Below the pieces are notes generated by a model. That model worked only from the letters and a program-made list of their open reading frames with translations, did no database searches and had not been told where the DNA came from. Source: Trichoplax adhaerens (taxonomy: Eukaryota; Animalia; Placozoa). From it: a stretch of DNA of 64,000 nt. The DNA is taken from positions 9,076,159 to 9,140,158 of the forward strand of contig NW_002060944.1 of the NCBI RefSeq assembly GCF_000150275.1, read 5' to 3'. This document shows, piece after piece, positions 52,506 to 64,000 of the stretch. The first letter of the stretch is position 1. Every line of letters begins with the position of its first letter. Made by a program: the position numbers and the translations under genes.

Positions 52506-55500
52506 ATGGCCAGTTTTCTGAAAACTACTCGATCCCTCGGCAATTTGGTAGGACAACAGATGATGTTCATGATGAGCTAGTATCACTTACAATTAATTGT
52601 TTAAGCTAGTGACACTGTTCATTTTTATATTTAAAATGGCAGATGACTAAAATCTTATGTTACTTTATTTTTAAAAACAAATTTGCTGACCAACATTTTC
52701 TTTTAATCCATTTAAACTCGTCGGACGCTTTCTGCAGCCAGCCCAAGTGCGAAGTATCCTATTTGCCCGCGGACTACCTGTTCGTACAGCTTGGACTGGG
52801 TTACAGTCTATTTCAGAAGATGACCCAGAACTGTTTGATATCATTCGTAGAGAAAAATCACGCCAGAGAGGAGATTTGGAATTGATTGCTTCGGAGGTAT
52901 GATAGCGTCTAAATTTTCAAAACTCAGCCTGGACAACGTTCAAATCCACATGACACATGAGATGCAGTGATAGCTACGGTGCTGTACTGTACTGTGCCGT
53001 ACTTTGACATGAAATCTCGAAAATCAACAATGACTGAGCCAGCTAAGCAATGTGAGATAGAGTCAACCTAAAACGATGTAATTTGCATTGCTAGCTTGGG
53101 CATTATGAAGTGAAATATTTTGTGATTTATCTTTTAAAATTGGTTAATTAATTATAGTATGTTCAAAGCACTACTTTACACTGAAAGGCACTGTAATCAT
53201 TAATGAATGTGCAGTTGGCTATCATTTGCTTACCATAGTACAATATATTATATATTAAATTGCCATATTTATCATGAACATTCTTATTCGTTAGATAACA
53301 TCGGCGATAACTTTATTTTAATTTATAGTCACTTAATTAATCGCTGTCAAATGCGACTAGTTTATTTCAGAAATCAATGCACAATGTATCGAAGGGATCC
53401 ACACTTTCTGTGTTTACGCCTTTTATATTAGTTTTACTGAATCTACACACGCACTGTCTAATACTCGTACAGTACATAGAATTGTTAGGAAAATTTGTTT
53501 ACCTCCTAATACGGTGTGCGAATGTTTCTGTTAGGCAGTGGACAAGTAGACTGTCCATTCCAATGGACAGTTTGAACAGCTTTGGTTGTTAATAGTGTGA
53601 GCAACTACGAAAGAGCATATCTTTCTCTCTTTACTGTAATACAAGTCACTGTAGTACTTTTCATGTGACAAAGTCTAGGCTAAAATTATATAATTCAGCG
53701 GCACGTCGCCAGCATCTAACGATCAAATGCCGCTGGTCGTTCAGTTACAGGTTTTGTACAGAAAAGGCATCACTTGTAGCAGTGACACGCCGATCATGTA
53801 GAGGTAGCTTTATGTATCATCATACTCTTGCTAACGCTTAGTCCTAAATTAATGTTATAGATGTACGAGTATATACAGTATTCCAATCGATTTAGATTGT
53901 GCTTTAAGCCGCTGTGGTGCCGTCAGTAATTATTAAATGTGTACATGCACGGACAATCAGCGAAATGCAATAATTACGCTATTCCTATTACTACTGCAAT
54001 ACTGGTAAATGGATAAAACCCTTCACTTTGTACATTAAGTTAATCATAGCAGTAGTTTTACCAGCCTGATTGCCATGGAGCAGTGGAACAGACAAAGATT
54101 TTTAGCTGACTCTTGATTTTTACAATGACTGGTTAAGGCCAGGGTCGGCAATGATATAGAAATATTAATTTACAACCTGTTGCTTTATTTGAATAGCAAA
54201 TTAATTAATTCATGGCATTAACTACTATTGAAACCCTGATATTTGTAATGTGTAAGTTGCAATTACAAAAATCGTGATAAAATTTCCTTATAAACCGATA
54301 TGCTGGAAGCAAGCGTAACGTACAGCTGCACACCTTCCTAAATCACGATTAATTTTAGTAACTACTAAGGTAACTTTTAAAATATGAACGTAATGGTGCA
54401 GTAATCAGACTGCAGCGTTTTCTGATTAATTCTATATCAGCATAGCTTTAGTGTAGAACCGAATCTTCGGCAGATGTATGCAAATGTTTAGCACATGCAC
54501 ACCAATTTTTTGAATGCACAATCCTGATGGATTTATGCTGTATTTCATACGGCACGTGTTTCGATGCCGGCCGTAAATAATACAGTTATACCAGCTGTCC
54601 AGGGACGCCCTTACCACGGAGCTATGTTCTGAGGACCTCTAGTTTATATAACGCTGTCTAGCGTTAAAGTAGCCCCTCCCTTAATTTTTGCCTTATTGTT
54701 ATACAGACTGCAGTCCGCTGTACAAATACGAGCACAGTACATTACTGTTAGTACGGTGCCGAACGCACTATTGCAATTACTAATTCGCCAAAGAAGATAC
54801 AGAATGTTGCTATTACAGAAAAATTATGTTGTACATGTTGTGAAACGAATGTTGATGAGAATTTTTTACTACTTACACCAACGTAAATGCACCTAGACCT
54901 GATGCTTTCGCAACTTCCTAAACAACAATTGATGTTGACAGAGAATATAGTGTTCTGTACAGTGTTTAACTGTATTATATGATATTATTGACCGATCACC
55001 ATAATGATGTTCTAGTAATAATTTTTATTACTATTTAATGAAGAATTTCACTAGTCGGGCTGTCATGAATGCTCTTGGATCCTGCTTGACCAATAAATAC
55101 TCGGAAGGATATCCTGGCCAAAGGTAAGTTTGTATGTAATAAATAAATACAACTGTACTACAGTACTTGTAATCAGCTACAGCATTTGTTGTGTGTAGAT
55201 GGAAGCTTCGAAATTAGTTATATGCATTTTATTACAACATTAATTTCGAGATAAAATGTATGTTATTTTTGTATACGTTTACTGTTTCGCCTGTTGAAAT
55301 TATTATTTTACGTTCTAAAAGTACTTCGATTGGCTATAAATTAACAACATTAGATTACTGTAATGTATCATACATCAATTACTATGTACATTAAGTGATT
55401 AAAGCTTAGACTAATTATTAATAACAAATTATCTAATATAGATATTATGGTGGAAATCAGTGCATTGACGAGATTGAACTTATGTGCCAACGTCGTGCTT

Positions 55501-58500
55501 TGGAAGCGTACGACCTTGATCCAGAAAAATGGGGAGTTAACGTGCAACCATATTCAGGTAATAGCACCCATAAAGTAACCTCATATAAAGAAGCTATCTA
55601 TTCTATCGTATTCGTTCATCATTTAACTGACAATATGTTTGCTTCATGAAAACTCAGGGTCACCTGGCAACTTTGCAGTCTACACTGGTTTATTAAAGCC
55701 TCATAGTAGAGTTATGGGTCTCGATTTACCTGATGGTGGACAGTAAGTCGTAACCTTTAACGTTAGTTTACGTGAATTATCTAGTGCACATCTTATGGAT
55801 CTATTTGAGATGATATTTCTCATATTTTGATCAATAGTTACTAATAACATCGTAAATGTAGTAGTACAATAGATTAACATAAGATAATATGACATTTTGT
55901 TAACACATCGAACGCTCATTCCATAATCTACTTCGTATGGTTATATTTAGTTAACTTGTAATTTTAAAACCTTTACAGTTTAACTCATGGATTTATGTCA
56001 GGAAAAGTCAGAATCTCTGCAACGTCAATTTACTTTGAATCATTGGCTTATCATTCCCACGTAAGTATGATTACTTAAGTTCTTTTCAGTCTGATATAGA
56101 ATGGCTCACGATAATGAAGTTATCAATTACTGAATCTTCATACTGCGCGACTGTATAATTTATATAATCGATCTGTCATAATATCAAAATCTTTTTCTAT
56201 TCAAGCAACTCTTTACTTCGAGAAATAGTTAGATTATCCAACTTTTATATGTAATTCTTGCAAGTAGTCAGAAGTAAAAGGCGGTAAATGGTAAGAAGGC
56301 GTGCCATCATCTTCAGCATACTACACTTACAGTAAAATACTTTCTTCAACAATACCTATCTTAGTCACTTGTTAATTATTAAGCACATGAAATGCTACAC
56401 GATGCAGATACCGCTTAAATTTAGTGAGGGTCTGATTATATTACGTATATATTAGCTAAAAGAAGAGAACATAAATTAGATAAATGAAGCGAGTAACGAT
56501 TTTTCACAATAGTACCGACTAAATCATATGCTACTTTGGTTACAAACGAATGTAAGAAAAGATAATCTGCATACTAGGTCCATTAAACAACTTTTGTATA
56601 TTAAGAAATATAACAAGTTAAATTAATTCTATCTGATGATGGAGTGGGCCCCGTAATGATTAGGTATTTACTATTAGTTGAAATCTGGTCGTTATAAATG
56701 TTTTCTACTGCATACAAGTAAACGCTGATGTATTTCGCTCCGTTAGATGAATATCAACGGCAATGTGGGTGTTATATTATCAGCAGTATTTAGTTGCTGA
56801 TTTCTTCAATATTTTTCGATCTCATGAATTTAACACTGGTCATTAATATGAAAATAGTTTTAAGATCTCTTACGCCTGCGTCAGCTCTTCACTGAGACAC
56901 CATTGTCAGTTTACAGTTTTACTTAAAAATTATGTCTGCAGCGTATCTGCTGAATCTCTTCTCTGATCTACGGTAACCAATTATCGCTATAAAGTAATTG
57001 CTGATATCAAAAAGTATTTGCAGCGCTACAATGAGTTACAATTATAATCTATATTAACTCTAGTCTAGTGAATAAAATGTTTTAGGAAAGCTCAGACAAT
57101 TTTTTTTGTCCTTTTCCTCATTCCTACTGCTGGTATTGAGTAACTCGGACCAATTTAAATAAATTGACGGCAGACCTGCAGAAAGCATCTGTCTGTCCTG
57201 TATAGTGTACAGTACCTTACTCTATCCACTGTCCAACTGTATACAGTACTATAGTGATGGCGGCATTTCTATCTAATTTGCATAAATCCCATAATAGAAG
57301 AAATAGTACCAAAGCCACTATATAAATCCAATCGAACTTGCAAAGTGAGTGAGTTAGGTTAGAAGCTCGCTGTAGGGGCTACATTCGAGTGCTCTTGTAC
57401 TGATCAATCATGATACAGATGCACAATTCGCCCTTGGGAAGGTCTGAGACCAAGGTCGCTTTACGTCTTCCAGACGAAGGCCGCTGTAACAGGCGGGTGG
57501 GTCACCAGAAATTGGCTTGATGGAGTTTATATCGGTCCAAGACACTACAAGGGATTTATCTCTTTAGTGGAGGCCATGAACTTGCATCATAGTTGAAAAA
57601 AGACTCACGACCAGCTGAATGAGTTCAATTAGCGAGGTGGCACTTATGTGTTCTAACTCAATTCAGACTACTCTCTGACCTAGCTCGCGTCTTTTTATCG
57701 CTAGTAGAACTTGGTATACTATCGGAATTTTATTCTTAATTTTGCAGTACAGACATTGAAATATTTCAATCGCCTGGATTGATCTGTAGATTTACGCACT
57801 AGATAATCATCACTCTGTAATAGCTAAAAATGGAAACCCTGCATGTAGAAGGTATTTACATCGTCGACGTAATAATATTGATATGATTGGAATAAGGATG
57901 TACGCAAAGGTGTCTTTGTAAATTCTATGCTATCAGAATAATATCATGATGTTTGTTTAAAGAGCCTCTGGTATTCCCGTAAAACCAAGGCTGAATTCAA
58001 AAATAGACTAAAAGCCATTTTACTAATGATCATCTATTTAGTATTTTAATGGTTGATACTAGATCCATGATAACTATCGATGTATTTTATAACTATTCTA
58101 GCCGGATACTGGAGAGGTTGACTACGACGCATTACAAAAGCAAGCGAAAGCATTTGTACCAGAAATGATTATCGCAGGAACCAGTGCCTATTCCAGATTG
58201 TTGGACTATCAAAAATTTCGCGAGGTACCGGCTTCTAAAGTAGATAGAATCACTTAGTTATAGTAACATGTTTATATCAAATAGAATCTTTTATTGTTTA
58301 ATGTACTTGAAAAGATTCGTCAATGTTATGATTACGTAAGCGTTGTAATTAATTTTTGTTAACTTTCTCTCCCTAGATATGTAACGATGTCAAGGCAATT
58401 CTCATGGCCGATATGGCACATATTAGCGGCCTTGTTGCAGCTAAGGTATCTCAAGAATATTCTATAGTATCAACATATAGCGTGGAAGTCTCATTGCTTT

Positions 58501-60052
58501 ATCATTATAATCATAGAGAATCTTTTTGAGCTTTCAAAAGTTCGAATGCGTTTCTTACTCTAAGTCAATATTCGTGAAAATGTATTTGTAGGTTGTCCCT
58601 AGTCCTTTTGAATATGCTGACGTTGTAACAACTACTACTCATAAAACCCTCCGGGGCCCAAGGTAATAAGCCCTTAATGCTTTCAGTTTGATTCGAAGTG
58701 ACATCATGTATTCAATTAACATTCCAAATTGATAGATCTGGAATCATTTTCTACCGCCGCGGTGTGAAGGGGGTCGATAAGAAAGGAAATGATATCCTTA
58801 AGGAATATTGACTTAGTATTAATAATTATGTTACGTGATAAAGTTGCTGTATCAGACAGGAAGCAGCTTTATAATTGAAGAATTCCTTGACCAAGTTTAA
58901 AAATTAAGTATGATTATGAAAGCAAGATCAATAAAGCTGTCTTTCCCGGTCTGCAAGGAGGTCCTCACAACAACGTCATAGCTGGTGTTGCAATCGCTCT
59001 GAGACAGGTTAAGTCCCATGAATCAGGACAACAACTACAAATGTGTATACTGAATGGTGACCTTATGACTTGTTTATAACAATATCATTGTTTTAATTGC
59101 AGGCTAAAACTCCAGAATTTGTTGAATACCAGAAACAAGTATTAAAGAATTGTAAAGCCATGGCAAATGCCTTGCTTAATAAAGGATACACACTTATTTC
59201 AGGTAGGCAAAATTATTAATAGCTACTGTTTTTCTCCATTTTATATGCATGTACATTGTACATTGTTTAGTAAATTAGTTTATGATTTCTTCTATGCAAC
59301 ATTTTGTAACTTTGCAAGTTATTTTAATTTAAGGTGGTACGGATAATCACCTTATTTTGGTCGACTTAAGACCAAAGGTATGTCTGTCTTTTGCCTTTCG
59401 TTAAGTAAAATCAATGGGATGACTTCAGTTCAAACGTCTAATAAGTTTTATTGATAATATGATTTTAAAAATCTAGGGAGTAGACGGATCCAGAACAGAA
59501 AGGGTTCTTGAACTTGTCAATATTTCAACGAATAAGAATACTTGCCCTGGTGATAAAAGCGCCCTATTTCCTGGCGGAATGAGACTCGGTAAAAATTATA
59601 GCATCAAATTATTGCTTTATTTGTACAAGCTACTGGTAATCATCATTTAATACTTTTATTCATTGATCTGACTAGTGGCTTAGCTTAGTGTTGACACGGA
59701 TTTTTGACAACTCTTCTAGGAACACCAGCGTTGACATCGAGAGACTTTAAGGAAAAGGACTTTGAACAAGTTGTGGAATTCATTGAGCGTGGCGTACAGA
59801 TTACTTATGAAGCAAAGCAAAAAACCGGTTTGTATTTATCTTCACCAATAGGATTTGCTACTGCATGTGAAACCTGATTTCTATATTGCCGTTTTTAGTA
59901 TGTAATTGCTTTTGTATTGCTGTTCAGGTACCCTGAAAGAATTCAAGGAGTTCGTTATCAGTGACCCTGATATTACTGCAAAAATTAGTGCTCTTCGTCA
60001 AGAAGTGAAAGAGTTTGCTGAGCAATTTCCTATGCCTGGTCAAGATTACTAA
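52506..60052 (+). CDS. SHMT2: Serine hydroxymethyltransferase, mitochondrial type (16 exons, about 492 aa)
   Basis: Exons 52506-52547, 52738-52896, 55044-55123, 55442-55557, 55658-55742, 55979-56060, 58102-58224, 58377-58445, 58592-58662, 58736-58791, 58901-59007, 59103-59202, 59334-59377, 59477-59588, 59720-59827, 59928-60052 (1479 nt). [43 protein letters not shown] site [26 protein letters not shown]. Arg-rich, acid-free N-terminus [35 protein letters not shown] resembles a mitochondrial presequence. Confidence 0.93.
57276..57326 (+). promoter_or_regulatory. Putative type-3 Pol III promoter of the RNase P RNA gene
   Basis: Octamer ATTTGCAT 57276-57283, PSE-position element TCCCATAATAGAAGAAA about 57287-57303, TATATAAA 57319-57326 about 30 nt before the predicted 5' end. 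Confidence 0.7.
57349..57690 (+). ncRNA. RPPH1: Nuclear RNase P RNA (H1-type), nested in SHMT intron 6
   Basis: CCCTTGGGAAGGTCTGAGAC (CR-I), TAACAGG, CCAGAAA, AGACTCACGACCAGCTGAATGAGTTCAAT and TAACTCAATTCAGACTACTCT (CR-V) match the recalled vertebrate H1 RNA in order; GTCTGA pairs with TCAGAC (P4); the ends GAGTTAGGTTAGA and TCTGACCTAGCTC form P1. Confidence 0.96.
57692..57696 (+). terminator. Pol III oligo-T terminator
   Basis: TTTTT a few nt after the 3' strand of P1. Confidence 0.7.
58792..58900 (+). other. U12-type (minor spliceosome) intron in SHMT with apparent AT-AA ends
   Basis: 5' end ATATCCTT, branch site TTCCTTGAC 58883-58891; splicing G|AA ATT AAG TAT restores [15 protein letters not shown]; the unspliced frame hits TGA. 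Confidence 0.85.
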
Positions 60053-60621
60053 CGTAATATGTTTACCATTACTATAGCAATGTTGATTTCATATTCGCTT
60101 ACTTGTTTTGACAATGCAAGTGTACAACTTCATACATATTGCATGTTGTAATTATGTGATGGCATTACGTTTGTAATGTACGCATCATGATAGGATAGAT
60201 TTTATTTCGCATGTCTTTTTATTATCAGTTATCAATGTATTCTTTAAATTGACTTTGCTTTGCAATGTCTTTCACTAAATTTTAAAATTAATAAACGGAG
60301 CTCACTACCTTGTTGTTTGTAGCTTATTTCATGAGCATAATATGAACTGAGTTTGATAGTATGGCTATGTCCGTAATTACAAAGTGCTAAAATCTTCTAT
60401 TACGTATTGAAATATCTTGCAAGTTTATTGTATGGGTTGTAAAACTTTCCCGCCTAGTGAAAATTGTACATCATGCAGACTCTTGTGAGGTAATTGCTTT
60501 TACTTCTTGGGTATTATAATTACGTAGACAGACGTATGTCTAAATATATATACTGATAGTATTGATAGTTTAGTTTCGCACCTACCGATAGTACACTAGT
60601 ATCGTAAAGACATGCCTGATC

Positions 60622-60898
60622 GTACAAGATTCTGTCGCAAGCCGTCATGATGTATATAGTGTGGCATACGAGTTTAGGCTGTAGCTAATCACTATCATTA
60701 ATAGTAAAATGTATAAGATTCTGTCGCAAGCCGTCTTGATGTATACTGTATAGTGTGGCATGCGGAGTTTAGGCTGTAGCTAATCACTATCATTAATAGT
60801 AAAATGTACAAGATTCTGTCGTAAGCCGTCTTGATGTATACTGTATAGTGTGGCATGCGAATTTAGGCCGTAGCTAATCAATATCATTAATAGTAAAA
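60622..60898. repeat. About 90-95 bp tandem repeat, 3 copies, between the convergent SHMT and SLC35B1 3' ends
   Basis: GTA(C/T)AAGATTCTGTCG(C/T)AAGCCGTC at 60622, 60711, 60806; GTAGCTAATCA.TATCATTAATAGTAAAA in all three. Confidence 0.95.
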
Positions 60899-61641
60899 AA
60901 GTTTAAAGTGTACTGTACTACTACGCTATTACTGTATATCTACACTTTAACAGGAGAGCAGTATTTATCATATACAGTAATGCCATACACCTTGACTATC
61001 AGTAACAAGTTTATTTATTTGAGGAAACTTTTTCGTAAAAACAGCCATAGACGCGTATTAATAATTAATCTAGCAGGAAAACTTGAAATTTAGTCAACAA
61101 ACCAGTTGATTAACCTTTTCATGACGATCTTTCTTTATTGTGATTATTATTGTTTAGTAGGGTTATAACAGTCATCCATAATAGAATAATTTTAAACACG
61201 TATAGTCAACATGCATTTATAGTGTATCCTTGAGAATTATTCATCATAGAAATTTCTATTGTCTTAGTTGTTTTATATAAACATAAAAACATTTTGAATT
61301 GCTACTGCACTATCACAGGGTTCAAGTCCTAGCTCTGGATTTTAAATTCAATATAGCTGATATCAATCTTTGAACACCTTACCTTAATCTGTAATCGTAA
61401 GAGTTTAGAAATAATATTTGTATCTCCAAGCATTATCCAAGTAACTCTTTCTATCGTACAATATACAGCATTAAATCCATCAAAAGACTACAATTCTTGG
61501 CATGATACAAAAGAGATGTTGATCAATGCATTAATGTATTGCTCCAAAAGTAGTCATCCAATTTAAATCATTTCCAAAGTTTGAAAGATAAATTTTTATA
61601 CAGAATCATAATTCAATAATTGGTTTGTCTGATTGGTAAAA

Positions 61642-63399
61642 TCATTTCAGAATCGGAGTTTTTTTTTTGCCGAAAAAGGCATCCGCGAACAGTCCTGCAA
61701 AGACGAGCAATACTCCAATCCATTGTTGCGTAACCAATTTATTTGAAAATATAATAACGGAAAATAAAATAGTAAAGAACTTTCTGGTGGTAGTAATTAG
61801 GGCACAGGTTAACGGTCCAAATGCAGAAATACACTCAAAGATAAAACTCTACGGTAATAATAGAAAAAACGTCAACATTGTAACGATTATAATAACCGTG
61901 ATTGAGGAATATGAAAATTGAAATTTTATTCAAGATGATAAAAAAAATTTTTACCTGTCCAATTGCGCTAGTAATGCAGAACCCAAGAACGTACCAGTAC
62001 AAAGATGGATGACGTGAACAAAATGAGATAAATTCCAACCCATCACCAAATGATACCATGACTAATAATAATAATATAGTTATAAGTTAGGTTAAGCTGT
62101 GAAACTGAGAAGTTTGTATTGGCTAATAATGAAAATTGTAGACATGAGTCCAATTTGATTGATGAACGACTTACTAAGTAATAAGATGGTAGAATAAAAA
62201 TTGGTATGATACATCATCTCGTAACCGCCAACATTTGCCCTAGCTCTCATTTTGTCTTGAATAGCACCAGTAATTCCATCTGACGCTAATGATATTAGCT
62301 AAGAACAAAATTGATACAGAGTTTAATAGCTTTTTCTTAATTTATAGAGCGGCACTACAACTATTCAGGTTGGAAATAAGGCCTTACTAGTAATAATTCT
62401 CCAATGCCGAAATTGGCTTTAAATGTATGTTCAGATCTCTGCTTAGGAAATTACAAAGAAAGAGCAATGTCAAATGTACGTAGATATCGCACATAGAATA
62501 GCTAGCATACTCGTAAGGTATTCACCTACCGTCTTGTAAAGCATAAAGACTACAATTCCAAAGACAATAAGGAGAACAGATAAGTATTTCGTTAAGGAAT
62601 ATCGTTTTCCTCCAATTAAAGCCCCAAGTATCATGACAGGAATTGGTTTGCATGCTTTTCCCAAAACCTAATGATTTATATCAAGTTCATATTATCTTAT
62701 GGACTGACTAATCATCACAACGGTAAAACTCATGATTAAAATCATTACTCTATGTATACTATTGCTATCAACTGTACATCGTATTCTTTTGAAAATGTAG
62801 CCATGTTCAATTACCTGTTCGGGATAGTTTATGAATATTAAAGCCTTATTACTAGCTGTCATGGCTCCAATATATGTCAAAGATAGCATGAAATACCAGT
62901 GCGAAGGCGTTTCGCTACTCGTCTTTCCAGCAAGCTGTACACCTAAGAGTTATTGCATCCAAGAACATCCAAATAGAAGCACTTTATTATACACATGAAA
63001 GATGAGTTACTTTTATCCTACTGATTTTAGTAGCCTTGAACCGCTAAAATGGGTGCATCATTCAACTACTAACATCAATGATTGTCTTTACGTGGCAAGT
63101 ACAGTATACAAATGTTCTACCCTATCAGGAGTTGATTTATGTTATTGGAACGTCTTATTGATGAATTACCGATTGAAGTACGAACAATATCAGAAATAGT
63201 ACTAATCTTCTCTCTGATATTGCGTTCAATATTGATTACAGTAAGCTCCTACAGAGCAAGTTTATTTATTCAATTCATTCATTCAATTAGCTTACCGACA
63301 CGAGCAATGAGCAAATTAGCCAAGCATTGGAGAGCCACTAAAGAGGTTGAAAATGTAAATTTATCTGTAGTACCATCGATGCTAAATTTGCCACGAGTA
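61642..63399 (-). CDS. SLC35B1: SLC35B1 (UGTrel1/AXER, ER ATP-ADP or nucleotide-sugar transporter family); 5' exon(s) not found in the window
   Basis: Seven exons read TRGKF...[94 protein letters not shown]. Confidence 0.92.
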
Positions 63400-64000
63400 C
63401 TGTTATAAAAAATAGAAGCAATTTTTTTGAGTTAGGATCCAGTGTAACAAGACACTAACTATTCTCTATGGTTTATCACCGTTTGTAATCATCTCATTGG
63501 AAAAGCATACGACAAACGACTCGTTCAATTGAAGACGACGGGTTTTGGTCACGATTGACTACTAACTAAATTACCTTGAGCCGTGATCGTACAGTAGATC
63601 AACATGTCCATTGACTGCATTGTACAGACAAGAATTGTAAAATAACATGGATGTCTTTACTCTATCATGGATTAGTAAAATGAGTGCATTGATCAAGCAT
63701 GTAGGAAGATCAATGAATAGCAAATGCAAGCGGAGGCCATCATTAGCACAGCACGATAGTATCAGTCAGTGATTGAATTTGATGGTGTTACTATGCCTAT
63801 TGGGTAGGATGGATTTTCAGGGGTGGATCATTCATTTCCTGAATGGATGCAATATCTATCGTGCCAAGACAAGAGTGGGAATTGATCCGAGTGTGTCTAT
63901 CTGACTCTCGTTACTAAAAAAATGAGCTTAAGCGATGCTAATAATCCTTCTTTATTACATGTACTGTCTACATCTAGCGATCATTCAATGCGATAGGGCA

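Noticed and set aside
54478-54690. Second Pol III or snRNA gene in SHMT intron 2 (octamer, CTTACC...TATATAA, AATTTTTG)
   Set aside because: The predicted start runs straight into a T5 tract, and there is no match to U4atac, U5, U11, U12 or MRP motifs that I can recall
63570-63620. Candidate SLC35B1 first exon (MQSMDMLIYC...|GT)
   Set aside because: Does not encode the expected YGxLQE first transmembrane segment; the true 5' exon probably lies beyond the window

Overview
AT-rich, intron-dense animal genomic DNA. Short GT-AG introns and abundant (ACAGT)n pentamers suggest an early-branching metazoan, probably a placozoan such as Trichoplax (inference, not verified). Seven protein-coding genes were assembled by hand: two tandem TRPA1-like ankyrin channels with the same 25-exon structure (+), MED8 (-), an intronless type-II membrane GT8 glycosyltransferase (-), CEP70 (+), an SLC34 Na/Pi cotransporter (+), a mitochondrial SHMT (+). 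The 3' part of SLC35B1 (-) is also present. The most notable locus is SHMT. Its sixth intron holds a complete, same-strand RNase P RNA gene that keeps octamer, PSE-like, TATA and T5 Pol III signals. Its tenth intron is a minor-spliceosome (U12-type) intron with apparent AT-AA termini. Other observations are a GC-AG intron and an antisense solo LTR in TRPA-a intron 1, loss of key electrophile-sensing cysteines in both TRPA paralogs, an apparently C-terminally short MED8, an E-box/CRE cluster upstream of the phosphate transporter, and many local tandem duplications. Exon boundaries were read by eye and family calls come from recalled motifs; no searches were run.
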